Assembly: GCA_947461445.1 (NCBI GenBank)
Contig: CANHKV010000002.1
Span: 28,442 to 92,441 of the forward strand
Source: Holosporales bacterium
GTDB lineage: Bacteria > Pseudomonadota > Alphaproteobacteria > Holosporales > Holosporaceae
Reading direction: 5' to 3'
Length of the DNA stretch: 64,000 nucleotides
Position 1 is the first letter of the stretch; every line of letters starts with the position of its first letter. Under the pieces are notes generated by a model. That model was not told the DNA's origin, ran no database searches, and saw nothing but the letters and a program-made list of their open reading frames with translations. Positions 48,938-58,180 of this stretch are shown here, piece after piece. Made by a program: the position numbers and the translations under genes.

Positions 48938-50974
48938 ATGACCGATTGTTTAGAACTTTTCAGAGGGTATGGCAAAACCATACAGCGTCGTCCAGGCATA
49001 TTTCAATTGCATGCCCCTTTTCAACCCGCAGGTGATCAAGCAGGAGCCATTGCAGCACTGACATCGGGCATAGAAAGAGGTGAAAAAAACCAGGTTTTAT
49101 TGGGTGTTACAGGATCTGGAAAGACCTTTACCATGGCCAATGTCATCCAAAATGTTCAACGCACCACATTGATTTTAGCACCAAACAAAACGCTGGCTGC
49201 CCAACTGTACGGAGAAATGAAATCATTTTTTCCCCATAATGCGGTGGAATATTTCGTATCGTATTATGATTACTATCGTCCAGAAGCCTATATGCCCAGC
49301 AGCAACACCTATATTGAAAAAGAAGCCACCATTAACGAACACATTGAGCGCATGCGCCACAGTGCAACCCGCGCCTTGCTGGAGCGTCAAGATGTGGTGG
49401 TCGTGGCCAGTGTATCGTGCATTTATGGATTGGGCGCCATTGAGTCCTATCAAGGGTTGGCTGTACCCATCGTTCGGGATCAACACGTTCCCTTGATGGG
49501 GTTTTTACGTCAATTGTCCGATTTGCAATACAAACGCAACGACATGGATTTCAAACGGGGAACCTTTCGTGTTCGTGGAGACAGAGTAGACGTTTTCCCA
49601 GCCCATTATGAAGATCGTGCCTGGAGCTTTTCCTTTTTTGGATCACACATTGAAAGCATTCATGAAATCGATGTATTAACTGGCGGAAAAATTGCGGCAC
49701 TGGATAACGTCACCATTTATCCCAATAATCACTTTGTTACCCCAGGGCCCACCGTACAGCAGGCCATTATCCATATTGAAAAGGAGTTGGCACAGCGCAT
49801 TACCCAATTACGCCAGGAAAATCGACTGATAGAGGCCCAACGTTTGCAAGAACGTGTCACCTATGACCTAGAAACATTACGAACAACAGGCATTTGTGCA
49901 GGGATTGAAAATTATTCCTGCTATTTAACGGGTAGACCTTTTGGTACACCGCCCCCCACACTGTTTGAATATTTACCCCAAAATGCTCTGGTCATTGCCG
50001 ATGAAAGTCATGTCGCCATTCCCCAATTACGTGGCATGTATCTGGCGGATCAGACCCGTAAGAACACCTTGGCACACTATGGATTTCGCTTGCCATCGTG
50101 TTGTCATAATCGTCCGTTAAAATTTGAAGAATGGGATGATATGCGTCCACCGACCCTGTTTGTATCCGCCACGCCTGCTCCTTGGGAGCTGGAACAATCG
50201 GAATGCATTGTGGAACAAATTATTCGACCAACGGGATTGTTGGATCCAGAATACACCATTCATCCCAGCCATAATCAAATGGAACATTTGCGTTCTGAAA
50301 TTGAGAAAACCATTGCCCAAGGGGGCCGTATATTGGTCACCACATTAACCAAACGCATGGCCGAACAGTTGTCAGAATATTTTACAGAAGTTGGATTCAA
50401 AGCACGTTATATGCACGCCGATATTGATACGTTGGAACGCATTGCCCTGATTGCGGATTTGCGTAAAGGAGTTTATGACATTTTGGTGGGCATTAACTTG
50501 CTGCGCGAAGGTCTGGATATCCCAGAATGCCAACTGGTGGCCATTTTGGATGCCGATAAAGAAGGATATTTGAGATCCAAAACATCCTTGATTCAAACCA
50601 TGGGCAGGGCTGCCCGTCATGTGCGTGGTCATGTTATTTTATATGCAGACAAAACAACCCTGTCCATGCAGGCGGCTTTGGGAGAAACCACACGACGTCG
50701 ACAAATCCAGTGGGAATACAACATTAAACATGGCATCACCCCCAGATCGGTGAAATCGCCATTATTACACATTGAACACAGTCATTCTGACCATGACACA
50801 TGGGCGACGTTGTCCGATGCCCAGTTGTATCAAGCCATGACAAAAGCGGCATCCGATATGGCTTTTGAACAGGCTGGAAAAATCAAGCGGGCTCTGGAAT
50901 ATCGTGGGTGGACTGCTGCTGATATAACATTGGGGTGTAAAATACCTGAACATGCTGATGAAACAAACAGCTGA
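48938..50974 (+). CDS. uvrB: Excinuclease ABC subunit B
   Basis: Walker A GVTGSGKTFTMA, DESH box (ADESHVAIPQ), helicase motifs and a C-terminal UVR domain. Confidence 0.95.
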   Translation: MTDCLELFRGYGKTIQRRPGIFQLHAPFQPAGDQAGAIAALTSGIERGEKNQVLLGVTGSGKTFTMANVIQNVQRTTLILAPNKTLAAQLYGEMKSFFPHNAVEYFVSYYDYYRPEAYMPSSNTYIEKEATINEHIERMRHSATRALLERQDVVVVASVSCIYGLGAIESYQGLAVPIVRDQHVPLMGFLRQLSDLQYKRNDMDFKRGTFRVRGDRVDVFPAHYEDRAWSFSFFGSHIESIHEIDVLTGGKIAALDNVTIYPNNHFVTPGPTVQQAIIHIEKELAQRITQLRQENRLIEAQRLQERVTYDLETLRTTGICAGIENYSCYLTGRPFGTPPPTLFEYLPQNALVIADESHVAIPQLRGMYLADQTRKNTLAHYGFRLPSCCHNRPLKFEEWDDMRPPTLFVSATPAPWELEQSECIVEQIIRPTGLLDPEYTIHPSHNQMEHLRSEIEKTIAQGGRILVTTLTKRMAEQLSEYFTEVGFKARYMHADIDTLERIALIADLRKGVYDILVGINLLREGLDIPECQLVAILDADKEGYLRSKTSLIQTMGRAARHVRGHVILYADKTTLSMQAALGETTRRRQIQWEYNIKHGITPRSVKSPLLHIEHSHSDHDTWATLSDAQLYQAMTKAASDMAFEQAGKIKRALEYRGWTAADITLGCKIPEHADETNS

Positions 50975-51260
50975 CCGTGAATGGTGATCCAAGGGTGGGT
51001 GAATGGGGATTATGGTCCAGAGTGGTTCAGAAGGGGCGTTTTTTGGCTTTTGGGCAAAGGGATTGGATTATAAGGGATATAGACGTGCAGAGGATTGGTG
51101 TTCATGGGGGCAGACACGGCTTTGGTTGGCATTCTTATACAAGGTTTTCCAGCCCACCAACGCCTATGGCCCCATACCCTTGATGGTTCATACTCCAGCA
51201 GATGCAACAATCTGAGGTACGGTTTTATACCCTACACCTCTCCCATCACACCAGATGGGC

Positions 51261-52091
51261 CTATCCTAAATACTGTTGATACTCCTTCAAGACTTTTTCA
51301 GAACAATGGCCCACCAAAATAACACGATATACGGTTTTTCCTTTGATTTTTGCTTTTTGAATCATGGGGCGCATATGGGGTGGGATACGGCCTTTTTTCC
51401 GTATATTTTGAATAATTTTTTCTGCTTTTTGTGATTCTGATTGAATGGTTCCGATTTGCAAGCGCAGACTGACGCCCGTTTGTTTCGTATTTTTGCTTGA
51501 ATCAAGCTTACCGCCATTGTGTTTACTGGAAACAGAGGCTTGGGGCTTGCCCATTGGTTTCAAAACAGGCGTTGGTTTTGCAGGGACTGATGGTTTTGTG
51601 CTGGCTTTTTTATCCGTGTGGGGGGGTTGAGTTTTTTCCGTCTTAACATCAGAACCCTTGATGGGCACCACAGGCCTATTCGCCCTTTGATCAGAGGCAT
51701 TACTGATTGGATTGGTTACAGGGACGTTGCTGATTTGATGATGTGCGGCGGTATGACTGATTTGATTGGTTACAGGGGGGGTAACGGGCTTTTCTTCTGA
51801 TTCCATGGGATTCCAGTCTGGAACTTCATCTGGCGGCAACAATCGTATGGCATCGTGTTTCGATTGTCCAGCCAAACGATCATAAACGGCATAAGTGGTT
51901 TGTTTTACAGGAACTCCGCGTGTGCGTTTTGGGTAATCTCGCCCCTGAATAATGGGAATAGAACTGGATTGAGGACTGAAATAACAATATGCGGCCAAAA
52001 CAAGAACAAAGCATCCCAAAAAACCAATGAGTTTAGGGTGCCAGGATGATTTTTTCGCTCTTTTACCCGATGATTTCTTCTTTTTAGCCAT
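51261..52091 (-). CDS. SPOR-domain (septal peptidoglycan-binding) membrane protein
   Basis: N-terminal basic segment plus TM helix, a Pro/Thr/Lys-rich linker with an internal 22-nt repeat (51702-51723 and 51756-51777), and a C-terminal SPOR-like fold (LRLQIGTIQS...YRVILVG). Confidence 0.65.
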   Translation of the reverse strand: MAKKKKSSGKRAKKSSWHPKLIGFLGCFVLVLAAYCYFSPQSSSIPIIQGRDYPKRTRGVPVKQTTYAVYDRLAGQSKHDAIRLLPPDEVPDWNPMESEEKPVTPPVTNQISHTAAHHQISNVPVTNPISNASDQRANRPVVPIKGSDVKTEKTQPPHTDKKASTKPSVPAKPTPVLKPMGKPQASVSSKHNGGKLDSSKNTKQTGVSLRLQIGTIQSESQKAEKIIQNIRKKGRIPPHMRPMIQKAKIKGKTVYRVILVGHCSEKVLKEYQQYLG

Positions 52092-52297
52092 AATCCTGTA
52101 TTGTGATAATTGATTTTATGGACCATGGTATTGAACCTCAGCGGTTACCAACACCCTATTTTACTCATCATACCTGAATTACGTTCCGATGGAAAAGATT
52201 GTTAATGGCCGTTGGGATATGGGTGTTCAGAATGTTTTGACCATAACAATGGTGCAAACAATCAAGCATCCATTGTCCTCACCCTCTTGAGGCAGTA

Positions 52298-52534
52298 TTA
52301 TAGTTTAAATTTTATTAAAAATAACAAAAAAGATACTACAGCTAAAAATAAAAATATTAAATAGCACTTAAACAATGTAAGTACTAGTTTGCATACTATT
52401 CGTGCCACGTGTACCGCTGGATGTTCTTTGTCGTCCCTTTCAATAGGGGTGTCTTTTTCTATGTTGGAACGTTTTACAGGGTCAGAGGCATCAATGGTCT
52501 CCCTTTTTTCTTCTTTCTCCTGATCTGGTGGCAT
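52298..52534 (-). CDS. Small tail-anchored membrane protein, paralogue 1 (78 aa)
   Basis: AAGGAG SD 8 nt upstream. Acidic/basic N-terminus, conserved DDKEHPAVHVAR motif, C-terminal TM helix. Paralogous to 52574-52858. Confidence 0.5.
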   Translation of the reverse strand: MPPDQEKEEKRETIDASDPVKRSNIEKDTPIERDDKEHPAVHVARIVCKLVLTLFKCYLIFLFLAVVSFLLFLIKFKL

Positions 52535-52573
52535 GACTGGATACTCCTTAATATACTGCTTTTAGATTGTGGT

Positions 52574-52858
52574 TTAAAAATAATTAAAAATTGGTTTAAA
52601 AATAATTAAAAAAAATAAAAAAGCTGTTAAAGATACGAATAAAAACATTAAATAGCATTTAAACAGTGTAACGACCAGTTTGTACGCCATTCGTGCTACG
52701 TGTACCACTGGATGTTCTTTGTCGTCCCCTTGTTTACGGTGTTCATCTGTACCCTTGTGACATCGGGAACACGAGTCATAGCGTTTGACATCATTGCTTT
52801 TATCGATTTTTATGATTAAAAACAGTGTGGCAAGTGCAATCAGAAATAAACACAGCAT
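52574..52858 (-). CDS. Small membrane protein, paralogue 2 (94 aa from Met-35 of the ORF)
   Basis: AGGGG SD. N-terminal TM helix, CSRCHKGTDEH (CxxC plus His), DDKEHPVVHVAR motif, C-terminal TM helix. The ORF-track start at 52960 would overlap the upstream gene. Confidence 0.5.
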   Translation of the reverse strand: MLCLFLIALATLFLIIKIDKSNDVKRYDSCSRCHKGTDEHRKQGDDKEHPVVHVARMAYKLVVTLFKCYLMFLFVSLTAFLFFLIIFKPIFNYF

Positions 52859-52946
52859 GACCAATACCCCTTTGACTCTCTGGATACGCTCTGGCACCAG
52901 AGGTCGAGAAAACCTCGGTGCAGCAAGAGCAATTATGCACGTAACA

Positions 52947-53684
52947 TTAAGCGCGCGCAATTTCCTTTTCTTTGCGATGCAACATTTCTTTTAATGCATG
53001 CCATTGCATTTTTAACCCTTCGGCCATGGCAATGACGCTGGGGTCGATGTGCTTGCCAAATCCACCAACACAATGATAAAACGCTTCTTTGCTGTGGCAA
53101 ATGACTTCGGACACTTTTTCGACTTGATGCTTGATGTGCTCTAATTCCTTGACGGTTAAATCAGCAGAATGTAGTGCACTCATTTTGTTGCCAAGGCAAT
53201 CATAGGCCAACAAGAAGGATTCTTTGAACAATGCAATTTGATGCATCGAATCGGCTTTGTGAATCAGTTTTGTTTTCAATCGGCACAATTCCAACTTTAA
53301 TTGCATGATTTTTTGGGCCACAATTGGACCGAACTGCACATATGGATTGTGCAGAGCCACATGGTGGGCGCCAAATTCATGATAAAAGTGGTGCAAAGCG
53401 TGCTTGACGCTGTTCTTGTGGTGCTTGTTGGCACCCAACAAGGCAACCTCTGCGCGAATGACTTGCAATTGGGTGTGGCTGAGTTCTGGGCAATGCAATT
53501 GACCCATTACACGTTCCACCTGACGCCATTTTGGACCAACAATTTCTCTAAACAGATTAATGGATCTGTGATGGTGCTGATGGTTGTGGTGGTGATGGTG
53601 GTGGTGACCTGTCTCGTGACAATGGGCCTCACTGTGATGATGACCGGCTGCCTCAAAAGCGCCACCAAATAAACAATGTTTCAT
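52947..53684 (-). CDS. Histidine-rich helical protein (HHHSEAHCHETGHHHHHHHNHQHHH N-terminus); no family recognised
   Basis: The ATG at 53684 has a GGAGA SD 6 nt upstream. The N-terminal 40 aa are about half His, with many further His/Cys in a predicted helical body. No signal peptide. Confidence 0.55.
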   Translation of the reverse strand: MKHCLFGGAFEAAGHHHSEAHCHETGHHHHHHHNHQHHHRSINLFREIVGPKWRQVERVMGQLHCPELSHTQLQVIRAEVALLGANKHHKNSVKHALHHFYHEFGAHHVALHNPYVQFGPIVAQKIMQLKLELCRLKTKLIHKADSMHQIALFKESFLLAYDCLGNKMSALHSADLTVKELEHIKHQVEKVSEVICHSKEAFYHCVGGFGKHIDPSVIAMAEGLKMQWHALKEMLHRKEKEIARA

Positions 53685-53813
53685 TTTCAATCTCCATTTT
53701 TAGTTTTGTTTGCTCTCTAAAATGATAGATCTAAATGCTTATTAAAAAGTTAACAAGATTCTTAATTAATGATTATTGGAATTTTTCGGTTTTTAGTCTA
53801 GGTTTTATTTTAA

Positions 53814-54389
53814 TCAATCCCCTTGCTTCACATCCAGGGAATGGTGTTTTAATGCGTCCCATTGGGCCAGTGCCAATGATTTTTGCCATTCATTGTGATC
53901 GCGATGTTTTTCCATGGGGAAAACATAATCCCAACAGCCCGCATAATTCATTTTCAAATAGGCAAACGTCTTTTCAAAAGGCATTTCAAAACCATCTGGC
54001 TTGCCACCGCTAGAGGACACCATCACAGCGGCCGTTTTGCCCCGTAATTGGTCCGACAATTCTTTATGATGATACAATAAGTCCGTAATCCGGTCCCAAA
54101 AGGTTTTCATGCGTCCGCTCATGCTATACCAATACACGGGTGTGGCAAAAACCAAGGGATTATGGTTGACCAGCAGGCGAATCAGGGGTAAAAAATCATC
54201 TTCTTCGTGGGCACTTTCATAATGATACGGTCCAATATTTTGTTCACATAAATGCACCATGGGGACATCACCCAATATATCTTGGACCGTGTGCAGGGTG
54301 TTGCCCTCTTTGTGGGCGCTCCCACAAATGACCAAGGGGCAAAAACCGTGGCCTGTCCATGGGGTGGTTAATTCTTTTAACAACACCAT
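53814..54389 (-). CDS. Flavodoxin-fold NAD(P)H-dependent FMN reductase-like oxidoreductase
   Basis: LVICGSAHKEGNT (FMN phosphate-binding loop) and LVFATPVYWYSMSGRMKTFWDRI are typical of the family. The ORF is open to 54497, but ATG 54389 is preferred. Confidence 0.65.
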   Translation of the reverse strand: MVLLKELTTPWTGHGFCPLVICGSAHKEGNTLHTVQDILGDVPMVHLCEQNIGPYHYESAHEEDDFLPLIRLLVNHNPLVFATPVYWYSMSGRMKTFWDRITDLLYHHKELSDQLRGKTAAVMVSSSGGKPDGFEMPFEKTFAYLKMNYAGCWDYVFPMEKHRDHNEWQKSLALAQWDALKHHSLDVKQGD

Positions 54390-54514
54390 TGCGTTTCTCG
54401 TTAAAATGGATGATTCAGTATACCACCATTGGCCAAGATTTGGGATGACAAAAATTTTTAACAAAAGGCGCTTGACGCCCACAACAAAGTGGGTCAAAAT
54501 TAGGGAGATTAGAC

Positions 54515-54591
54515 GGGGGCGTAGCTCAGTTGGTTAGAGTGCTGGTCTGTCACGCCGGAGGTCGCGGGTTCGAGCCCCGTCGCCCCCGCCA
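54515..54591 (+). tRNA. tRNA-Asp (anticodon GUC), CCA encoded
   Basis: Manual cloverleaf: GGGGGCG/CGCCCCC acceptor, CTGGT-CTGTCAC-GCCGG anticodon arm, GCGGG-TTCGAGC-CCCGT T-arm, discriminator G, then CCA. Confidence 0.9.
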
Positions 54592-54627
54592 GTCAATCAT
54601 CATTTTATGCAACGTAAATACTCAATG

Positions 54628-54792
54628 CCCATTACTTCCTAGTTTTCCATGCTCTGCTTTAAAAGGGTCTGCGCGATGACTTCCTATTTTACGTCGTTTG
54701 TGCAGCGTAACACTCCATGGTATATTCTTTCCCCCTTGCCCACCACTTCCTGGTTTTCTATGTTCTGCTTTAAAAGGGTCTGCGCGATGACT
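54628..54792. repeat. Two 54-nt direct repeats (period 111 bp) immediately 3' of tRNA-Asp
   Basis: 54628-54681 against 54739-54792 shows 5 mismatches, and the last 29 nt (TCTGCTTTAAAAGGGTCTGCGCGATGACT) are identical. Confidence 0.85.
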
Positions 54793-55082
54793 GCAACGAT
54801 CACGGCCTGCTTTTTCGAATAGTATGGAACTCTTATTGGAATTTTTATCAGAACTGTTGTTTGAATTTGTTCTTTTCAAAGGGTTCAAAGGAATGGTTTT
54901 TTTGGTAAACCGCATCAAAGATGCCATCAAAAAGCGGCCATAGTACTTGCCCCTATGCACACAGGAGGGGGATTCAAACACGGGTTCATGACATGACGAT
55001 GTGGCCCATGTCTGGTCAAATGGGGCCATCCTGTGTAAGCTGATAACCAAGAATCGCATGCTGTTATTGGGAGGTTATTGAT

Positions 55083-56729
55083 ATGTTCGTTGATATTCAG
55101 GACCAAGATTGTGTTCAGCGCAGCAGCATAACCCAAGCGGTTGGCATTGACTTTGGAACGACATTTTGCGGTGTGGCGTTGTGTGAACAGGCCAGAAAAC
55201 CTCAAATGATTGGTCCGTTGATTCCATCCATTGTGGCTTATATGGGTGATCAGGTGTTGGTGGGCGATGCTGCCAAAGGTCCTCAGGAAATTCGATCCAT
55301 CAAGCGCTGGTTGGATTCTTCTGCCTATGATCCCATCGTGGATGACTGTTTTAACGGGCGCAGTCCTTTTCAAGTGGCCGTTGATCTGTTTTTAGGCATC
55401 AAAAAACACCTGATTCATTATTTGGGTCATGATATTTCAGAAGCTGTGGTCACGGTTCCAGCTTATTTTGACGAGAGCCGTCGTCAAATCATCAAGCATG
55501 CCGCCTGTACTGCCGGTTGGCAGGTTTTGCGATTGCTCAGCGAACCCACTGCCGCTGCCCTGTGCCATGACGTAGAAAACGATGGTTTGTATGGGGTATA
55601 TGATTTGGGTGGAGGAACGTTTGATTTTTCTATTCTTAGTTTAAAACAAGGGTTGTTTCGTGTTTTAGGAACAGGTGGGCACGCCACTTTGGGGGGCGAT
55701 GATGTGGATTACGCCTTGGGTCATGTCTGGTTTCCCGATGATCCCATGGGCGCAGAAAAAGCCCGCAGCCTGAAAGAATCTGGACGTGATTTATCATCCA
55801 TTTATGGCAATGATTCCTGGAAAAAAGTGATTCACCCGCTGATCGAATCCACCTTAACGGTGTGTCAAGAAACCTGCGATCAATTGGGCATATCCTGTGA
55901 TGATTTATGCCAGGTATTTTTGGTGGGGGGTTCGACCCATGGCACCTTTGTTACGGATAAAATTACAGAATTTTTGGGACGTCCTGCCAGCACCCTATTA
56001 AATCCTGAAACAGCCGTGGCCTGTGGTGCCGCCATTTATGCCTATAATTTGGTTCATGAATCGTCTTTTTTACTGCTTGATGTCAATCCATTATCCATAG
56101 GCATCGAGACTTTTGGTGGAGTGATAGAGCGTTTGATACCACGCAATGCACCATTGCCGGCAGAAAAAGAGTTGTTTTTTACGACCCAGCAAGACGGACA
56201 AACCTCCATTAAGATTCACGTGCTGCAAGGCGAGCGTGATATGGTATCGGGATGCCAATCCTTGGGAGTTTTTCATTTATCCGGCATAAAGCCACTGCCA
56301 AAAGGTCAAGCCAAGATTAAAATTACCGTATCTCTGGATACCGATGGTTTACTGTGTGTCACAGCCGAAGATGCATCCAGTGGAAAACAGGAAAAGCTGC
56401 ATATCAATGCTGCACGCCATGTAACATATGATCGTATCGAACAGGAAATTTCTCAAAGTGGTGACGATATTTTGGATCGCATTTGGGTTCAAAAATCCCA
56501 TCAATCTCAAGATGCATTAAATGAAGTACGTCGTGTTTTGAATCTTTATCCCGATGAAATCATGGAAAATGCATGTTTGCCCCTAGAGCAATCCATTCGT
56601 TCTGGTGATGTGGTACAACTGACAAAAGCATGGGATGATTTTTCCAATCATGCCCTGCCCTTTTTAGAAACCTATATGACCCACATGTTAAAAAATATGC
56701 CGCCTATTCATGCCCAAGAAAACCAGTGA
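55083..56729 (+). CDS. hscA: Fe-S cluster assembly Hsp70-type chaperone HscA
   Basis: Hsp70 ATPase motifs (GIDFGTT, VTVPAYFDESRRQ, LLSEPTAAAL, DLGGGTFD) and a substrate-binding domain. Shorter than typical HscA (548 aa). Confidence 0.8.
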   Translation: MFVDIQDQDCVQRSSITQAVGIDFGTTFCGVALCEQARKPQMIGPLIPSIVAYMGDQVLVGDAAKGPQEIRSIKRWLDSSAYDPIVDDCFNGRSPFQVAVDLFLGIKKHLIHYLGHDISEAVVTVPAYFDESRRQIIKHAACTAGWQVLRLLSEPTAAALCHDVENDGLYGVYDLGGGTFDFSILSLKQGLFRVLGTGGHATLGGDDVDYALGHVWFPDDPMGAEKARSLKESGRDLSSIYGNDSWKKVIHPLIESTLTVCQETCDQLGISCDDLCQVFLVGGSTHGTFVTDKITEFLGRPASTLLNPETAVACGAAIYAYNLVHESSFLLLDVNPLSIGIETFGGVIERLIPRNAPLPAEKELFFTTQQDGQTSIKIHVLQGERDMVSGCQSLGVFHLSGIKPLPKGQAKIKITVSLDTDGLLCVTAEDASSGKQEKLHINAARHVTYDRIEQEISQSGDDILDRIWVQKSHQSQDALNEVRRVLNLYPDEIMENACLPLEQSIRSGDVVQLTKAWDDFSNHALPFLETYMTHMLKNMPPIHAQENQ

Positions 56730-56806
56730 ACGCATACGGAAAAATAGGATAAAAATAGGTTGAAATTATGCTAGGATGAAAAAACAACCGGCCCAAAAGA
56801 GATTTT

Positions 56807-57121
56807 ATGACAAGTGATGCCCTCTATCTGACCCCAAAGGCTGCCGAAAAGATTGCCAAGACGGATGGGGTCTTGCGTGTACGCGTTAAAGGCGGTGGCT
56901 GTTCAGGCATGCGGTATGTTTTTACCATGGAGCCAAAGGCTTCAGAAAAAGATGTGCTGTTTACCCAGCATAACAGCACTGTCGTTACAGACCCATTGTC
57001 TTTGCATTTTATTGGCGGATCAACCATTGATTATCAAGAAGAGATGATGGCGTCACATTTTGTCATTATCAATCCAAAGGCAATCAATTCATGCGGGTGT
57101 GGAGATTCCTTTTCCGTATAA
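56807..57121 (+). CDS. A-type iron-sulfur cluster carrier (IscA/ErpA/HesB family)
   Basis: 104 aa. VRVKGGGCSGMRY and a C-terminal CGCGDSF, which supply the three conserved Cys. Confidence 0.85.
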   Translation: MTSDALYLTPKAAEKIAKTDGVLRVRVKGGGCSGMRYVFTMEPKASEKDVLFTQHNSTVVTDPLSLHFIGGSTIDYQEEMMASHFVIINPKAINSCGCGDSFSV

Positions 57122-57294
57122 TCCAAAACGGGGGTCACCTGTTGCGCTGTGATACAAACATGGAACCATTCATGCCATGGCGCCCAAGCAATTGACGGTA
57201 AGACATACCCATGGTGTTGGGTCAACAGGCATCTAGCACACGGAACAGAAATTAGGTATTCTGATGGCCAAATGCTCTGCATATCTCCCTATCC

Positions 57295-58119
57295 ATGTAT
57301 TTGATTGACAGCCATTGCCATTTAGATCGTTTTTCAGATATTGACCGCGTGCTGGATCGATCCAAATCCTGTGGCATACATCAATGGCTCAGCATTTCAA
57401 CCTCTCCCCTTACGTTTAAAGCGTTGCTGCCCATTGTCCATCAATATGATGGTGTGTATGGTACCGTTGGTCTGCATCCTCGGGAAATTGACACTCTGTC
57501 AGAAAACGCCATAGGTCATTGGTTAAAAGAAGGCCTTCAGCACCCTAAAATTGTGGGCATTGGGGAAACAGGCCTGGATGCGCAAGAATCATCACCGCCC
57601 ATGGATCAGCAAGAACGGTGTTTTCGTCATCACATTCGTATGGCCATAGAAACCCAGTTGCCATTGGTCGTACACACGCGAAACAGTGATCAGGATTTTT
57701 TGTCCATCATGCGTGATGTGCGGGCCAAAGAATCGGGTGGCAAAAACGTTAAAGGGGTTTTGCATTGCTTTACGGGATCACTGGAATGTGCCAAAGAAGC
57801 CATTGATTGGGGATGGAAAGTCAGTATTTCTGGTATTGTGACCTTTAAAAACGCCCCTGATGTTCACCAATTGGCCACACAGTTGCCCCTATGGGCCCTA
57901 TTGGTGGAAACGGATGCCCCATGGTTGGCTCCAACCCCGTACAGGGGAAAGGATAATGAGCCCGCTTATATGATGGAAACGGTAAAAGCCATGGCCGCAT
58001 TACGGGGATGTTCTATAACAAACATTGCAAAGGCCACAATGCGTAATACTCTGGAATTATTTCATAAAATGCCGGCTGTGCAGCCCAAGGACTGTCCCCT
58101 ATGGGGTGAGGGGGTTTAA
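57295..58119 (+). CDS. tatD: TatD-family metal-dependent deoxyribonuclease/hydrolase
   Basis: LIDSHCHLD start, GETGLD, VVHTR, HCFTG and ETDAP motifs. Confidence 0.85.
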   Translation: MYLIDSHCHLDRFSDIDRVLDRSKSCGIHQWLSISTSPLTFKALLPIVHQYDGVYGTVGLHPREIDTLSENAIGHWLKEGLQHPKIVGIGETGLDAQESSPPMDQQERCFRHHIRMAIETQLPLVVHTRNSDQDFLSIMRDVRAKESGGKNVKGVLHCFTGSLECAKEAIDWGWKVSISGIVTFKNAPDVHQLATQLPLWALLVETDAPWLAPTPYRGKDNEPAYMMETVKAMAALRGCSITNIAKATMRNTLELFHKMPAVQPKDCPLWGEGV

Positions 58120-58180
58120 CCTTTTTATCCACACCAGAGTTTGATATGATCCAATCAAATCCCCACCACCATACAGCCTG

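Noticed and set aside
54622-55059. A 145-aa minus-strand ORF could be a real gene.
   Set aside because: There is no SD at any candidate start. Its 5' part runs up to within about 25 nt of the hscA start, through the hscA upstream region, and the open frame may simply follow the DNA repeat. It is kept only as a possibility under the repeat finding.
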